DNA of 64,000 nucleotides from Giardia intestinalis (Eukaryota). Below, one piece after another: positions 34,101 to 44,757 of this stretch (its first letter is position 1; every line of letters begins with the position of its first letter). A program made the position numbers and the translations under genes. The stretch lies in the NCBI GenBank assembly GCA_000002435.2, contig CM018793.1. The stretch is one strand, 5' to 3'. The notes under the pieces were generated by a model. The model had not been told where the DNA came from. It searched no databases and saw only the letters and a program-made list of their open reading frames with translations.

Positions 34101-37100
34101 AGAGAGCATTCAGTCGCCTGTTACCGGACGGGCCTGTCTGGTAGATCGTTGGCCCAGACCGCGGTGTTCGAGTCGTCTGGGCACATGGGAGAGCCCTGCC
34201 TTCGTCTGCTGTATGTGGTCTCTTCAGCAATGCGCAGAATGCGGGTTGCGCGACATCCAGACCGTCGTAGCCTGCGTCTGGTGGGCCCTGCGCTGTGCCG
34301 TGGTTGAGCATGCTGCACGCTCTAGACATGACGGTCTCGTCACTGACCAGGCTCCGGCCATTAGCTGCTCCTACCGACCACTCTTCGCCAACCACCAAGC
34401 AAGCCGGGGTCTCCAGTCCTCAACCCTTACTGGGGCTCGCATCAGCGCACCCAGGCACGCCTCCGTAGCTCGCAGGGGGGAAGCATGGCACGCATGCGAA
34501 TGCAACGGGCGACCCGAGGAGACCCTGGCCCGTCTGGAGCGGGAGGACGCCAGGCCCAGGAACGACCCCGGGCGGGAGGGCGAGGACGAGGCACCCCGGC
34601 GCGTGCGGGGGCAGAAGCGCAGAGACCGCGCCCGGGGCCACAAAGACCGGCCCCCCGACGGGCGGCACCAGCGGAGGCGCGGCGCAACCAAGAACGCAGG
34701 GGGGCGGGGGAGAGGCCGTCACAGGAGATACCTCCTCCTCCTGCTTGGCCGCCCTCGGGCCGTATGTGCGGCGCGGCAGCACCACCCCGTGCTCCTCCAG
34801 GGCGGCGCGGACGTCCTGGGTGCGGAGCGCGTTGTTGTACGTCATCCGCAGCTCCTGGCGCGGATACTTCGCCCCGAAGCGCTCGTGGACCCTGCGGTAG
34901 AAGTCCGGGCCCAGGATGCTCCGGTCCCTGACCCCGGCGATGATCATCGCCTTGATGGCCCTGCGGTCCTCGCCGGTCATCTTCACGTTGAGGATGCTCC
35001 GCGAGTGCGTCTCGCGGTACCAGTGATAGATCCTGCTCCGGTCCTCGGACAGGGCGCGGGCGATCTTCTTCCAGTCGATGGCCGTCCGGAGCACGTGCCG
35101 GTGGAGGAGCAGCGGCCGCCGCGCGAGGCTCTCGGCCGTCTCCCCCAGCCGCCGGGCAGCGACGACCTGCTTCGCGAGCTCGAGCAGAACGGAGGCGCGC
35201 GTCTCCGCCGTCATTGCCCCAGAGCCCATCCGATAGAAGCGGCGATAAAACTAAAAACAGACCAACGAATAATGTGAAATTAAATATGTACAGGCCTTGC
35301 ACAAAAGCTTTAGCGGGTGTTTGTTGCCTGCCTGCCCCGGTCCGTCGGGCGAGCAGGGCGCCCTCACCCGGGCCATCGCCGCAGTACGAGCTGGCTTAGG
35401 CCGCCACACAGAACAGACCGCTTTGCACACGGCGGCGCTGGGGCTGATGTATTGATCGGAGTTTTTTGGTATTGCTGAGGACCCCCGCCCTCGGCCGCCA
35501 GGGAGAGCCGCACTCTGCGCAGCCCCGGTTTGTCTGCAGATGCCCAGAGCTCTACGGAGGCGGGCAGGCTGGGGCCGTCCCCTTCGTTCGGGACATCGCC
35601 GACGACGAGCTGCTGCCTGCGGCCCGCGGGGTCTTCCGCTCTGAGAGGGGTCGCCGAGTGTCGGGAGCCGCAGCGCTCTGCAAGGCCTGCACACGACCAG
35701 AGGCTGCCCAGTTTTTTGAGCAGCTGGCTCTGGCGCGGATTCTGCGGACGCCTGCTGCCAGCCCAGTCTACAGGGGCGTCCGCGTGTCTACTGTGGCCTG
35801 GCGTGCGTGTCTGCGCGTCCTCCTGCGGTGGCTCCCCTCGTGGCGCAGGAAGCCCTGCCAGTCCTCTCCCATCGAGTTCTCCCGACGCGCTCTCTACCGC
35901 GCCCAGCCGAGTTTCCAGCGGACAAAGGAGCGGCATGACCAAATCAGTCGCCAGATTACAGTGTGCTCTGCGGCCGCGAATCTTGCTGGCATCTTACGCG
36001 ACAGTGGCTCTGGGTGTGCCCGTTCAGCAGCAGCTGCCTTGAACATAGATACTTAACGTGACCCGTATGCTAATATCTGCTCGCTCAATCTGTACAGAAG
36101 GATCTAACGGTATGCCGGCTAGAGCAGTAGGACTCGTCAGGCGAGCACACCGGAATTGCGTGCAGTACGCATCTCTAAAGGCTTGCATGCCTGGATCTGT
36201 GCTTGTCTTCTCACTGAGACCCCAGTACAGCGAAGGCGTTTAATATAAACAGAAAGCCGTGGTGTCGCTAGGGTCTATTCGGGCCGCTCAACTATACCGA
36301 ATCATTCCTACCGGTAAAGCCTGACTGCTTGCTACTAAGCAGAAGGAACCGGCTCCTATGACGGCCAAGCGTGGAATCGGTACGCTGTCAAGCCTCTCGA
36401 TTCAGATGCAGAGTCTGCAATGTCCACGTGAGTAGCACGCCAAGTGGTTGCCGCTTGCTTGTTATAGACTATAGATCGGCACGTAGGCTCGCGGGCCGGC
36501 TGCATCTTACTCGGAAGTACAAGACGCTGCTCCTGTCTGGATCACAGATGCGAATCGCCGGTCCCGATGCGCACGAGTGTTACAGAGTAACAAGGAGAGC
36601 ACCCGTCTATGGGACACAGTCACAATTCGAGTGGCGTCCAGCCCTCCTGGAGAAAAGGCATGCCACGATCAACGGCATACTGCTTTGAACACCAGTAAGC
36701 ACACCCGCTGTGTCTGCGAAGCCGAGGGCGGCCGTATCGCCGGCTGCTACTTGTCACTCGGACGCACATGTGTGACGAGACGTGCGGGCGCCCTTCATAA
36801 AGGCCTCCTGATGCGCAACACACGGCCCAGCCGCCTCTTCTCTGAGAGACAGATGAACTTTGCTTGCAGTGGGCTGCGTTAGCGTAGACTTCTGAACACG
36901 TCCCTCTGTTGAGGATTCAGCGGCTACGCACTGGGGGCAGACACGCGTGTTCTGTGGCCAACACGGGACTTGGCCGAGCAAAGGAGGTAACGAGTCGGCG
37001 CTTCTGGCCCGATGCTCTGCGTGCCTACGCCAGAGACCAGGTTGCCAACGTGCCGGTTAAGGAGAAGACGCGATGATCCGCCATCGAGAACTGCAGTACC

Positions 37101-38801
37101 CGCGGAGACGGGCAGGAGCGACTTTTTATGACCACGAGCCTGAGCCCTTTAAGGTCTGTGCCAGGCTCTTCGCATTACACAGCTCCTCCTCGTGTGTGCC
37201 CTCAGAGAGCGCAAGCATCTTCTTCGACAAGCACTTCTGTGGGCACCACAGCAGGAATGCATAGTTCCGCGCTGACCATGCCTTAGCCCTATTAGGGTTG
37301 GTGACAAAACTACGACTTCCCTGTCACGAGGCATTACGCTCTGTACAGAAGAATGCCAGCAAGTCATGCAATGCCTGTGGATCTGTCCTTCGACCTTCTC
37401 CTGACAGACATGTGTCTTTTGGCATGCAGCCCTGCATTGCATGACGGTTCGTCCTCCAAGTGATGGTCTAGAGGACTCAACGCAGTGGTTCCCAAGATAT
37501 GTGTCCTGAACAGAAGACTATACGCTCATATACCTCTAACCACATGAGGCCACAGCCCACTCTGCTTCTCTATGCTGCACTTAGAACTGCCTCTACGGCT
37601 CTCTGTACTCCATACTATGCGTCTGCTTGTCTTCCACACGCCTATCCCGAAGTCTGAATTAGGCAAGGCGCACTATATTTGGGGTCACTGCCAACTGCGT
37701 TGGCTATTCAGCAAGATATAACTAAAGGCAGCGTCCAGCACGACCGAACATGCTTGAAAGTTACGCGAGAGACTGAGTACAGTGTGGGAATGTCCCTCGG
37801 TCTACTGGTAAAATGCCGTCGGCTGCTGATACAGGCTCTTGTCTTCGTGCGGTGGCATGCAATCATGTGGTACGCATAGCATCGCTATCTGCATGACGCG
37901 AGGCCAGTGGAGCTCTGCCCATTCTACCTCTTATCCTTGCGCGAAGATTCTGAAAACATGGATGTCTGGACATGGTGTAGGGCTCTATCGGTAGACCCTC
38001 TTTTCTGCGCCTTCAAGGCATGCAGAGGCTAGCGCAGTGTTCTCTAAACAGAGGCCTCGGGCATGCACGCTGTTGAGCGACGGCCTGAGCTTCTCTGGAG
38101 TATCTTACAAAGAGCGGCGCGCTGGCAGGAGCGTCGGTTCGGTGTTCTGAACAGTGGTGAGGGATCTCTGGCAAGCGAGCGCCTCTCGACTGGCTTGTGT
38201 GCCTGCAGCTACACGTGTGTGGGCAGTGAGCGGTGCACAAGCCCACGATGCTGCGGTTCTACGAATGCCTACCCCTGGTGAGTGCCGTCTGGGGACAAGG
38301 GGTGTGTACCGGTACAAACTATTCGGTGTCTCTCTGCACAACAGCCTCATAACAATGCTCTACTGGGACTGACTCCGGAGCCAAGTAGGAGAGGAGGCCC
38401 TTCTGGGTCTTAATGGCCACGGGCCCCGCTACATACCTGGCGGTGCCACCCAGAGACCGGATAGCTTTAGAATATTATATAGAAGTTAGCAGACATGTGA
38501 CTTCGTCTGATTAGTACGCGCTCTGTGCCGATGCGACTAACGTACACTCACCGAAGCATTACCTCGTTTACTCAGAAGTCTTACCGGATACCCAAGGGCT
38601 CACTCGCTTCCTTCTAGCAGGAGGCAGAGCAGCTTAGCAGCAGAAAAGGTGCTAAACTAACTCCTTGTCTTCCAGGTAAGGGGAAGCCAGGAGAGCAGAG
38701 CCTTCGGGGCGCCCGGTCGGCCCCAGGCTTTCCCTGGTCGCTGCCCGGTCCCGAGTCACAGCGGCATGCGGGCCGAGCGCCGCCCGGGGGCCGATGAGTA
38801 A
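31177..38801. repeat. right arm of the inverted repeat
   Basis: Same evidence as the left arm. An example single-nucleotide mismatch between arms is 23860 (A) versus 36723 (C, where G was expected). Confidence 0.95.
34420..35229 (-). CDS. right-arm mirror copy of the possible Myb/SANT-like ORF
   Basis: Its 269-aa translation is identical to that of 25354..26163. Confidence 0.35.
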   Translation of the reverse strand: MGSGAMTAETRASVLLELAKQVVAARRLGETAESLARRPLLLHRHVLRTAIDWKKIARALSEDRSRIYHWYRETHSRSILNVKMTGEDRRAIKAMIIAGVRDRSILGPDFYRRVHERFGAKYPRQELRMTYNNALRTQDVRAALEEHGVVLPRRTYGPRAAKQEEEVSPVTASPPPPCVLGCAAPPLVPPVGGPVFVAPGAVSALLPPHAPGCLVLALPPGVVPGPGVLPLQTGQGLLGSPVAFACVPCFPPASYGGVPGCADASPSKG

Positions 38802-38962
38802 GTATTTTCTTTTATATTTTTAATAGAAAATCACATAACCAAACATCCACAGAAACGAGAATGGATAAATAATCAAACCTATTATGTAAGAAAAGCGACT
38901 ACTCTATACTTTTATCTATGCTTGACAAAAGGATAGGAGAGTCAACAAAGGTTTAAATCTTA

Positions 38963-40036
38963 ATGTGTAAATTCCACGGTATTGGTCGGTGCTGTGGCAA
39001 AAGGGGCATTCGAGGGCAAGACTTCGGCTGTTTTCTTGGAACAGTGGTGGTGTATATCCTTTATTGTATTCTAACTTGCGTTGTCCTCGCTAGAGAGAGT
39101 CAACGTGTTCTTACCCCCTACGTTTCGTATGGAGTTACAATAGCTACATGTATTCTTTGTGTAACACTTTATTTACTTGCTGGAATCACAGATCCAGGAT
39201 ATATGCCTGTCTGTTCAAATGATAGGTTCAACGCGAGGTCTGAAGTGGGGATCATAAGCCCCTATACAGTGGGAAATTTGGCAGGAACCGCTGTTTATTG
39301 TACTACTTGTAACATATTCAGGCCTCCAGGCACCTCCCATTGTGATGATTGTGGCCACTGCATAGTGTATTTTGACCACCATTGTCCGTGGGTTGGAACA
39401 GACGTAGGACTTCGTAATTATGGGTACTTTGTTTGCTCCATGCTCGGAATCCTGATCTATTGCGGTTGGGTTCTTACACATGCAGTTGTTTGTTTCGTTG
39501 CTATTGAACCAACAGTCCCCACTATAGTGGTGTGTCTCCTCTGTGCTATAGGAAGTCTCTTTGGGATATGTTTCAGCGTAGGAATGGGCTGCGCAAACCT
39601 TCGCTTGATACTAAAAGATACCTCTACTCGAGCATACAAGCGAGGACGGTCTAGTGCAACTGAGCAAGTAAAACAGATGCATACAGTGGATGCTCCAGAC
39701 AATGATTCACAAGATGGCACAGAGCCAGCTAATCTATATGACTCGATGTCAGCGCAAGGTAATAAGGACACTCTTGTGCTTTCTTCATCGGAAGCAAAGT
39801 CAAAGATGGAATCGGAGAATCTTCCTAGCTCCTATGGAGTTTCCCAAAATAGGGTCGTGGAGATCCTCACAACTATACAGAACACATGGACGTACAAGCA
39901 CATCCGTCATTTAGGGTGGCGGCGTGTCTTTTTAGGTAGATATATGCCTCAACTTATAGACCTGTCGGCCCAGGAAGCTGAGGAAATTGCATGGGTATGG
40001 ACAGTTGTGCTATGCTCCAGTGACCCGCTTGTGTAG
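38963..40036 (+). CDS. DHHC-type protein S-acyltransferase (palmitoyltransferase)
   Basis: The DHHC cysteine-rich domain reads CTTCNIFRPPGTSHCDDCGHCIVYFDHHCPWVGTDVGLRNYGYF. There are four hydrophobic TM segments, two before and two after the DHHC domain. The ATG at 38963 was verified and is preceded by a 160-nt AT-rich region. Confidence 0.9.
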   Translation: MCKFHGIGRCCGKRGIRGQDFGCFLGTVVVYILYCILTCVVLARESQRVLTPYVSYGVTIATCILCVTLYLLAGITDPGYMPVCSNDRFNARSEVGIISPYTVGNLAGTAVYCTTCNIFRPPGTSHCDDCGHCIVYFDHHCPWVGTDVGLRNYGYFVCSMLGILIYCGWVLTHAVVCFVAIEPTVPTIVVCLLCAIGSLFGICFSVGMGCANLRLILKDTSTRAYKRGRSSATEQVKQMHTVDAPDNDSQDGTEPANLYDSMSAQGNKDTLVLSSSEAKSKMESENLPSSYGVSQNRVVEILTTIQNTWTYKHIRHLGWRRVFLGRYMPQLIDLSAQEAEEIAWVWTVVLCSSDPLV

Positions 40037-40075
40037 AACTTATTAGATCAGCTAAGTAAAGGCTTTAATTCAAAA

Positions 40076-40741
40076 ATGGCTCGAATTTTCTTCGATATTG
40101 GCTCTGAAGATGGAGAGTTGAGGGAGCGGCTTACGTTTTCTATCTACAGGAATGTTAGCGCCCAGACACGTGACTTTCTTTTCAAATTCATTCGCGAAGC
40201 GGGACCGAACGCCTTCAGTTACCGGGGCTCGGCGGTCTATGCTTTTACAAGCACATTCTTTGCATTCGGTAACTTGGCCCGGCGAGGAATAGTGACAAAG
40301 AGCCACTCGTCAGATCCTTTTTACTCTTTTAGAACCCCTAAACTTGGCGCAGGAAGACGTATTGCACAGGAGGGCCATCTCTGCCTAATCTCCGCAAGCG
40401 CCACTTCATCCTCTCAAGAGCTGCTGGTCACCCTTAAGGATTGTGCCAACTACGAAAAGGACCTAGTCTGCGTGGGCGAGTTGGACGGAGACACGTCTGC
40501 ATTGGCCAGAATTGCATCCTATGCAAACGTGCAAATGCTTCGAACTAAGGGCGTCATTTATATTATTAATTGTGGTGTCGAAGGAGATCCTTCAGTACCT
40601 GATTCTCCTTTAGTGGACCTAGTCATTCAAGGCGAAAGAGATAGACAGGCAGCAGAAAAAGAACGCGAAGATCACTGGCATCGCGAGTTCTCTCTTAAGC
40701 TGGGAAAGCCCGCGATTGATATGGCAAAAGTGCATATTTAA
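40076..40741 (+). CDS. cyclophilin-like domain protein (divergent, probably non-catalytic)
   Basis: The N-terminus reads RIFFDIGSEDGELRERLTFSIYRNVSAQTRDF...YRGS...F..G. This tracks cyclophilin A ([31 protein letters not shown]...YKGSCFHRII...), but the catalytic Arg position reads Ala/Tyr (CFHRII aligns to AVYAFT). Confidence 0.65.
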   Translation: MARIFFDIGSEDGELRERLTFSIYRNVSAQTRDFLFKFIREAGPNAFSYRGSAVYAFTSTFFAFGNLARRGIVTKSHSSDPFYSFRTPKLGAGRRIAQEGHLCLISASATSSSQELLVTLKDCANYEKDLVCVGELDGDTSALARIASYANVQMLRTKGVIYIINCGVEGDPSVPDSPLVDLVIQGERDRQAAEKEREDHWHREFSLKLGKPAIDMAKVHI

Positions 40742-40957
40742 CACACAACCCGACGTTAGGCCCTACTCACTCATCTGTGTGTTACAAAAAATGAACGAGC
40801 AGACATACTCGGGGATACTGAATCTATTTACAGCCGTAACAGTTTGCATAATTCTTATGTACATCATCGTGTGGGTCATCACATACTATCAAGGAGCCGA
40901 GCTGGAAGACGGTGTGTCTCCCCGTTGTGTGGACGGCGGCATAAGTAAATGAACAGA

Positions 40958-41338
40958 TCACTCGTAAGGTCTGTCAACTCTCTGCACTCCTTGCCAGATC
41001 CCTCCGTAACCGCACACAGTGACGTCTTCGTACTCTGTATTGTCCACCAAAGCATTTGTGCCACCCAGTCTGAGATTTGGACCAATAAGCTGGGTATAGC
41101 CTTCTTCTGGCGAGTTAGAGATGCCACTATATGTCAGCTCCAATTGTACCTTGCTTTCGGATTGCTTTATGGCTTTAAGAAGCGAGGCCTTCAAAAGCCC
41201 CTCGATACTCTCTCGAGCCGCAGACAACCTAGTGAAGTAGTCTGAAACTAGCTCACTGTCCATTGCTCGTTGGAGAGCCATCCATATATCTGCATGTGGA
41301 ACCAATCCAGGCCACTCAAACATCGGAGGAGCCGTCAT
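40958..41338 (-). CDS. possible small hypothetical protein (126 aa)
   Basis: The ORF lies between two plus-strand genes and has an internal ATG at 41338. Its composition is non-repetitive. It competes with an overlapping plus-strand ORF at 40949..41245. No homology was recognised. Confidence 0.25.
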   Translation of the reverse strand: MTAPPMFEWPGLVPHADIWMALQRAMDSELVSDYFTRLSAARESIEGLLKASLLKAIKQSESKVQLELTYSGISNSPEEGYTQLIGPNLRLGGTNALVDNTEYEDVTVCGYGGIWQGVQRVDRPYE

Positions 41339-41379
41339 TGTTCCGTTCACAACTCAAATTTAATAAAAGCAGTCGAGGC

Positions 41380-42381
41380 ATGGGTGATGTTGACATCCCT
41401 GCAGCAGCAGACCTCCTGGATGAGATGATGGCCATGATCAATCGTAATAACGATGAAATTGCCGAAAAGACGGCTAGAGCCATGCAGTTGGTGTCGACAA
41501 CGAAGGAGCTAAAACCGGCCCCACCATCTATCAACGAGGAAACAGATGCACATCCCGCCGGACCGCAGAGAAATATGCTTTCCTCAGAAATAGACAAAAT
41601 AGATCATACAGACAGAGTTGAGAAGACTAAGATTCAAAAGCCAAAGCAAAAGCGACTCACAGTCGAGGAGTCAAAGTACCAAAGGCGAATTCAGTCATTA
41701 GCTGAGCAACTTGCAGCGGGAGAGCATGGAGGGTCTGGAGAAGATGTTGGGGCTAAAGATATCGTGACAAAGCTTGGCGAAGAGGCAGAACTGGCCTATT
41801 TACGAGCGCGAGTTGACACGCTGACAAGGATGGTTAACGAAGTCAGTGCAGACGCATCTAATGCCGTAAAGCGAGAGAAAGAGGCTAGGGAAGAACTCGC
41901 CATCCTGAGGGCAGAGCGAGATAGGTTGCACAAGACGGTCAAGGAAATGAATACGGCATCCGATAAGCTCAAGTCCCAATTGGATAGTGCAAAGAGTAGG
42001 CTACAAGATGAGCAGGCTGCGAAGGCTGCTCTTCAGGACGAAGTGGATAAGGCAGAACGGGCAGTAAGGGCAGGTCGCACGGCAGCAGGAAGCAAAGACA
42101 AGGACTTAGTTAGGGCGCTAGAAACTATAGACAAGTACAAGCAGCAAATAAAGGAGAGTCTAGATAGGGAGACATCGCTGCGTGAAGAGCTGGAGAGCCT
42201 GAAGAATGCACAAGGCTCTGAGAGCAAAAAGGCCGCCAGGGAGAAGGAGGAGCTCCTATTAATAGTCAGGAAGCAACAACAACTGATCGATGTACTCCAG
42301 CGCCAAAAACTCCACTTACAGGGTGCCTTGCATTTGGGGCTGACAGAGGCTCAATTCAATAAGCTACTCGAAGTACAGTGA
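41380..42381 (+). CDS. coiled-coil protein
   Basis: The ORF begins at 41263 with TTG; the first ATG is at 41380 (MGDVDIPAAADLLDEMMAMINRNNDEIAEK...). The C-terminal 200 aa are heptad-rich (LRAERDRLHKTVKEMNTASDKLKSQLDSAKSRLQDEQAAKAALQDEVDKAERAV...). Confidence 0.6.
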   Translation: MGDVDIPAAADLLDEMMAMINRNNDEIAEKTARAMQLVSTTKELKPAPPSINEETDAHPAGPQRNMLSSEIDKIDHTDRVEKTKIQKPKQKRLTVEESKYQRRIQSLAEQLAAGEHGGSGEDVGAKDIVTKLGEEAELAYLRARVDTLTRMVNEVSADASNAVKREKEAREELAILRAERDRLHKTVKEMNTASDKLKSQLDSAKSRLQDEQAAKAALQDEVDKAERAVRAGRTAAGSKDKDLVRALETIDKYKQQIKESLDRETSLREELESLKNAQGSESKKAAREKEELLLIVRKQQQLIDVLQRQKLHLQGALHLGLTEAQFNKLLEVQ

Positions 42382-42396
42382 AAATCTAGTGGACAC

Positions 42397-43023
42397 TTAG
42401 GCCTCATTGGTACCTGACACTGCTGGCATGTATTCTAACTTATAGAGGTAAAACGTGGGCATTGTTTGAAGAGATATCTCTAGTGCAGGGGGGATAACCT
42501 TGTATGGTTTGCTGACGACAAACGTTTTGGATGTGCAATACTCTAGCATTTCTTGGCGATCAAGACCGTCAAAGGAAAGAGTGAACCACACTGAATTCGG
42601 ATTCATGAGCCGGTACACTGTCTCGATAGCTTGTTTCATTGCAGTCAGGGGTTCAAAGGAATTAGTAAGCAGGCAGTCCAGAAGACCCTTATCTATCACT
42701 ATGTCAAATAGCTTGTTGAACAGAGACTTATTAAGTTCTGCCACATCCTTTACGAGATATTCTATCTCCGGCCTTCTTCGAAGCTCTCCTTCCATATTCC
42801 TTTTGGCTCCAGCTGAGAAGTCAATGCATGTGATGTTTTTATATCCAAGATCATATAGCTGATAGGGAAGTCTGGAGACTCCTGCTCCAAGGACGAGGAT
42901 ATGCTTGTCTGGGTGGAAGTACTTCTGGATGTGTGGAAAGAAGATAGGAAGTTGCACATACCAATCGAAGAGTTCGGTGTGGCTTTCATACCAATCGTCC
43001 CAGTACTTCAGCTCATAGAACAT
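42397..43023 (-). CDS. EEF1A lysine methyltransferase 4 (EFM4/ECE2-type) class I SAM methyltransferase
   Basis: The protein reads YWDDWYESHTELFDWY ... HILVLGAGVSRLPYQLYDLGY (motif I) ... FDIVIDKGLLDCLL. This parallels human EEF1AKMT4 (YWDQRY...YDWF...ILVLGCGNSALSYEL...FDVVLEKGTLDALL). The ATG at 43023 was verified. Confidence 0.75.
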   Translation of the reverse strand: MFYELKYWDDWYESHTELFDWYVQLPIFFPHIQKYFHPDKHILVLGAGVSRLPYQLYDLGYKNITCIDFSAGAKRNMEGELRRRPEIEYLVKDVAELNKSLFNKLFDIVIDKGLLDCLLTNSFEPLTAMKQAIETVYRLMNPNSVWFTLSFDGLDRQEMLEYCTSKTFVVSKPYKVIPPALEISLQTMPTFYLYKLEYMPAVSGTNEA

Positions 43024-43226
43024 GGACTTGCTTTGTTAAATTTTAGGAATGATGCGGAGATCACCAGCAACGTGCAGGAGTGCAGGATAGCCTTTATTGA
43101 TTGCTTGCTAGTGTTCAGAGGCAGTACTTGGAAGCTACGCTACTCAATACCTCGCTGCAACAAAGGTAAGCATAAAATGGAGTTCACTCAACACAGCCTA
43201 CACCTTCTAATCCATAAAATTATAAG

Positions 43227-44363
43227 ATGTCTCTCAGAGCAGGAGCATCCACTAAGTCCAAGGTCGACCCATTGGACAAAAAGCTGCCAGCAAACCCTAA
43301 GTATGCAAACGTCACCTCGACAATTAACTCTGGTCCAACAATAGATAAGTTTTATGCTAAGCACGGGCAGGAGGCTACAAATGCACGCTTCAAACGTAAT
43401 ACAAGCCAAAAGTACAAGAGAATTCGCTTGGCAACCCTTCAGAAATGGATAGAGACGGCCATGACCGTTCTTGCACAGCCGGATTTCCTAGATTCTGGAG
43501 AATCAATTTATTCCCTAGACGATGGAAATGGACCCATTCAAAGGCCCGGAAGTGTTTGCTCTGCAATTACCTCAGTATCTATGGCAGATACTGAGGCCAG
43601 TGTCTGCGGAGACGAGCCGGGTGTGCCGCCAATGTTCATGGGGGGTCCAGATATTAAGGAACTCCTAAATCGCCTCAGCATTTGCAGGCCCACAACATCT
43701 GAAGCAAATGGAGCATACATTCGCGACACAACGGCCATGCCAGTCGTCACAGACTACGTCAGGAATTCCAAGATGAATCAAGCCGTTGCAGACAGATATC
43801 AATTGGCCAGCAATACCGAAGACCAAGATACACTGCGTAACGCCGTTCGCGAAAAGAACACTCGCTCGCATCTAGAGGGGCTGGGAGATCCCTCCAGTGC
43901 ACCCACGTCTCTAAATGAGGTCCAGGAACTCACCACCAGAAAGCGCCATAACAAGATTCTGGAAAGAATACACCTTATTCCAGGGCTCAAGCTTGAGATG
44001 CTGCGGTCGGATACGGAACCCAAGCGCCAGATTTACTTGCCTATACCGACCGTTACCAAGCAATTTTGCGTTCTGGATATGCGTCCAGACGAATCTGAGT
44101 ACAACAGATCGCATATCTGGGGAGCCGTTTGGCTGCCCACGGCGCGACTCCACAGGGCGACAAACAAGATGCCCCCAGATCTGCACTACTTCGTTAAGTT
44201 CGATGAGTCCATCGTTATCGTGACAGGGCTGGAAGGAAATAATGCAGAAGAGGCAGCAAATCTCCTTATGGAATATGGAATTGCCCAGCGAAACATTGTT
44301 CTTCTGATACAAACGATCGCAGAAGTAGAGCAAACTGCCAGAGGGATCATTGTTACCGCGTGA
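43227..44363 (+). CDS. rhodanese-like domain protein (C-terminal domain; active-site Cys apparently absent)
   Basis: The C-terminus reads FCVLDMRPDESEYNRSHIWGAVWLP ... IVIVTGLEGNNAEEAANLLMEYGI, which fits the rhodanese/Cdc25 fold pattern. The expected CxxGxxR loop reads TGLEGNN. The ATG at 43227 was verified. Confidence 0.6.
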   Translation: MSLRAGASTKSKVDPLDKKLPANPKYANVTSTINSGPTIDKFYAKHGQEATNARFKRNTSQKYKRIRLATLQKWIETAMTVLAQPDFLDSGESIYSLDDGNGPIQRPGSVCSAITSVSMADTEASVCGDEPGVPPMFMGGPDIKELLNRLSICRPTTSEANGAYIRDTTAMPVVTDYVRNSKMNQAVADRYQLASNTEDQDTLRNAVREKNTRSHLEGLGDPSSAPTSLNEVQELTTRKRHNKILERIHLIPGLKLEMLRSDTEPKRQIYLPIPTVTKQFCVLDMRPDESEYNRSHIWGAVWLPTARLHRATNKMPPDLHYFVKFDESIVIVTGLEGNNAEEAANLLMEYGIAQRNIVLLIQTIAEVEQTARGIIVTA

Positions 44364-44486
44364 CCAGCTGTGGCTATCGCATCCAGCAGTGAACCACCCC
44401 TTTGTTCTGATAGACAGGTACCATTCCAGCGCGTGTAAATGACCCTAGCATGCTGCGTTCATCTACCTATTAACCACCGGGCGTGT

Positions 44487-44648
44487 TCACTTCTTCGACG
44501 CCTGGAGCTGTGCAGCGGCCGCCCTTGTCTTCTCCGCTGCCTCTCGTTGCTTTCGCTTGAACTCTCGGTCGTCCTCGTCCTCATACTCTTCCTTCTTACC
44601 CTGCTTTTTGTGCTGAGCCTTTCCAGATTGCTTTCCTGCAATGGGCAT
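44487..44648 (-). CDS. TMA7 (translation machinery-associated protein 7) homologue, 53 aa
   Basis: The protein reads [53 protein letters not shown]. This parallels TMA7 ([51 protein letters not shown]...). The ATG (reverse complement of CAT at 44646-44648) was verified. It sits inside a longer, spurious 130-aa ORF. Confidence 0.65.
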   Translation of the reverse strand: MPIAGKQSGKAQHKKQGKKEEYEDEDDREFKRKQREAAEKTRAAAAQLQASKK

Positions 44649-44757
44649 CAAGTCTTGCCTTCTTGCTTTTTTCGTACTGCGCTCACTCGAATCTGGAAAA
44701 ATAGCACAAAATTTGGTACTTTTAGCATTTTTGATTTTCATGTTTTTAAAAGCAACA

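Noticed and set aside
21782-38801. Palindrome as a trivial fold-back assembly or amplification chimera
   Set aside because: It is not fully rejected. It is disfavoured because the arms differ at several single bases, the inner boundaries decay gradually rather than abruptly, and the loop holds a complete, well-formed gene with its own poly(A) signal. Long-read confirmation is still required.
40949-41245. 98-aa plus-strand ORF overlapping the minus-strand 126-aa candidate
   Set aside because: It is Ser/Leu-rich and begins with a non-ATG codon. The minus-strand ORF has the more protein-like composition. Both remain weak.
44641-44757. Upstream ATG at 44641 as the PP2A start
   Set aside because: It would add a 39-aa hydrophobic extension with no counterpart in PP2A, PP4 or PP6 N-termini, and would overlap the divergent TMA7 start codon.
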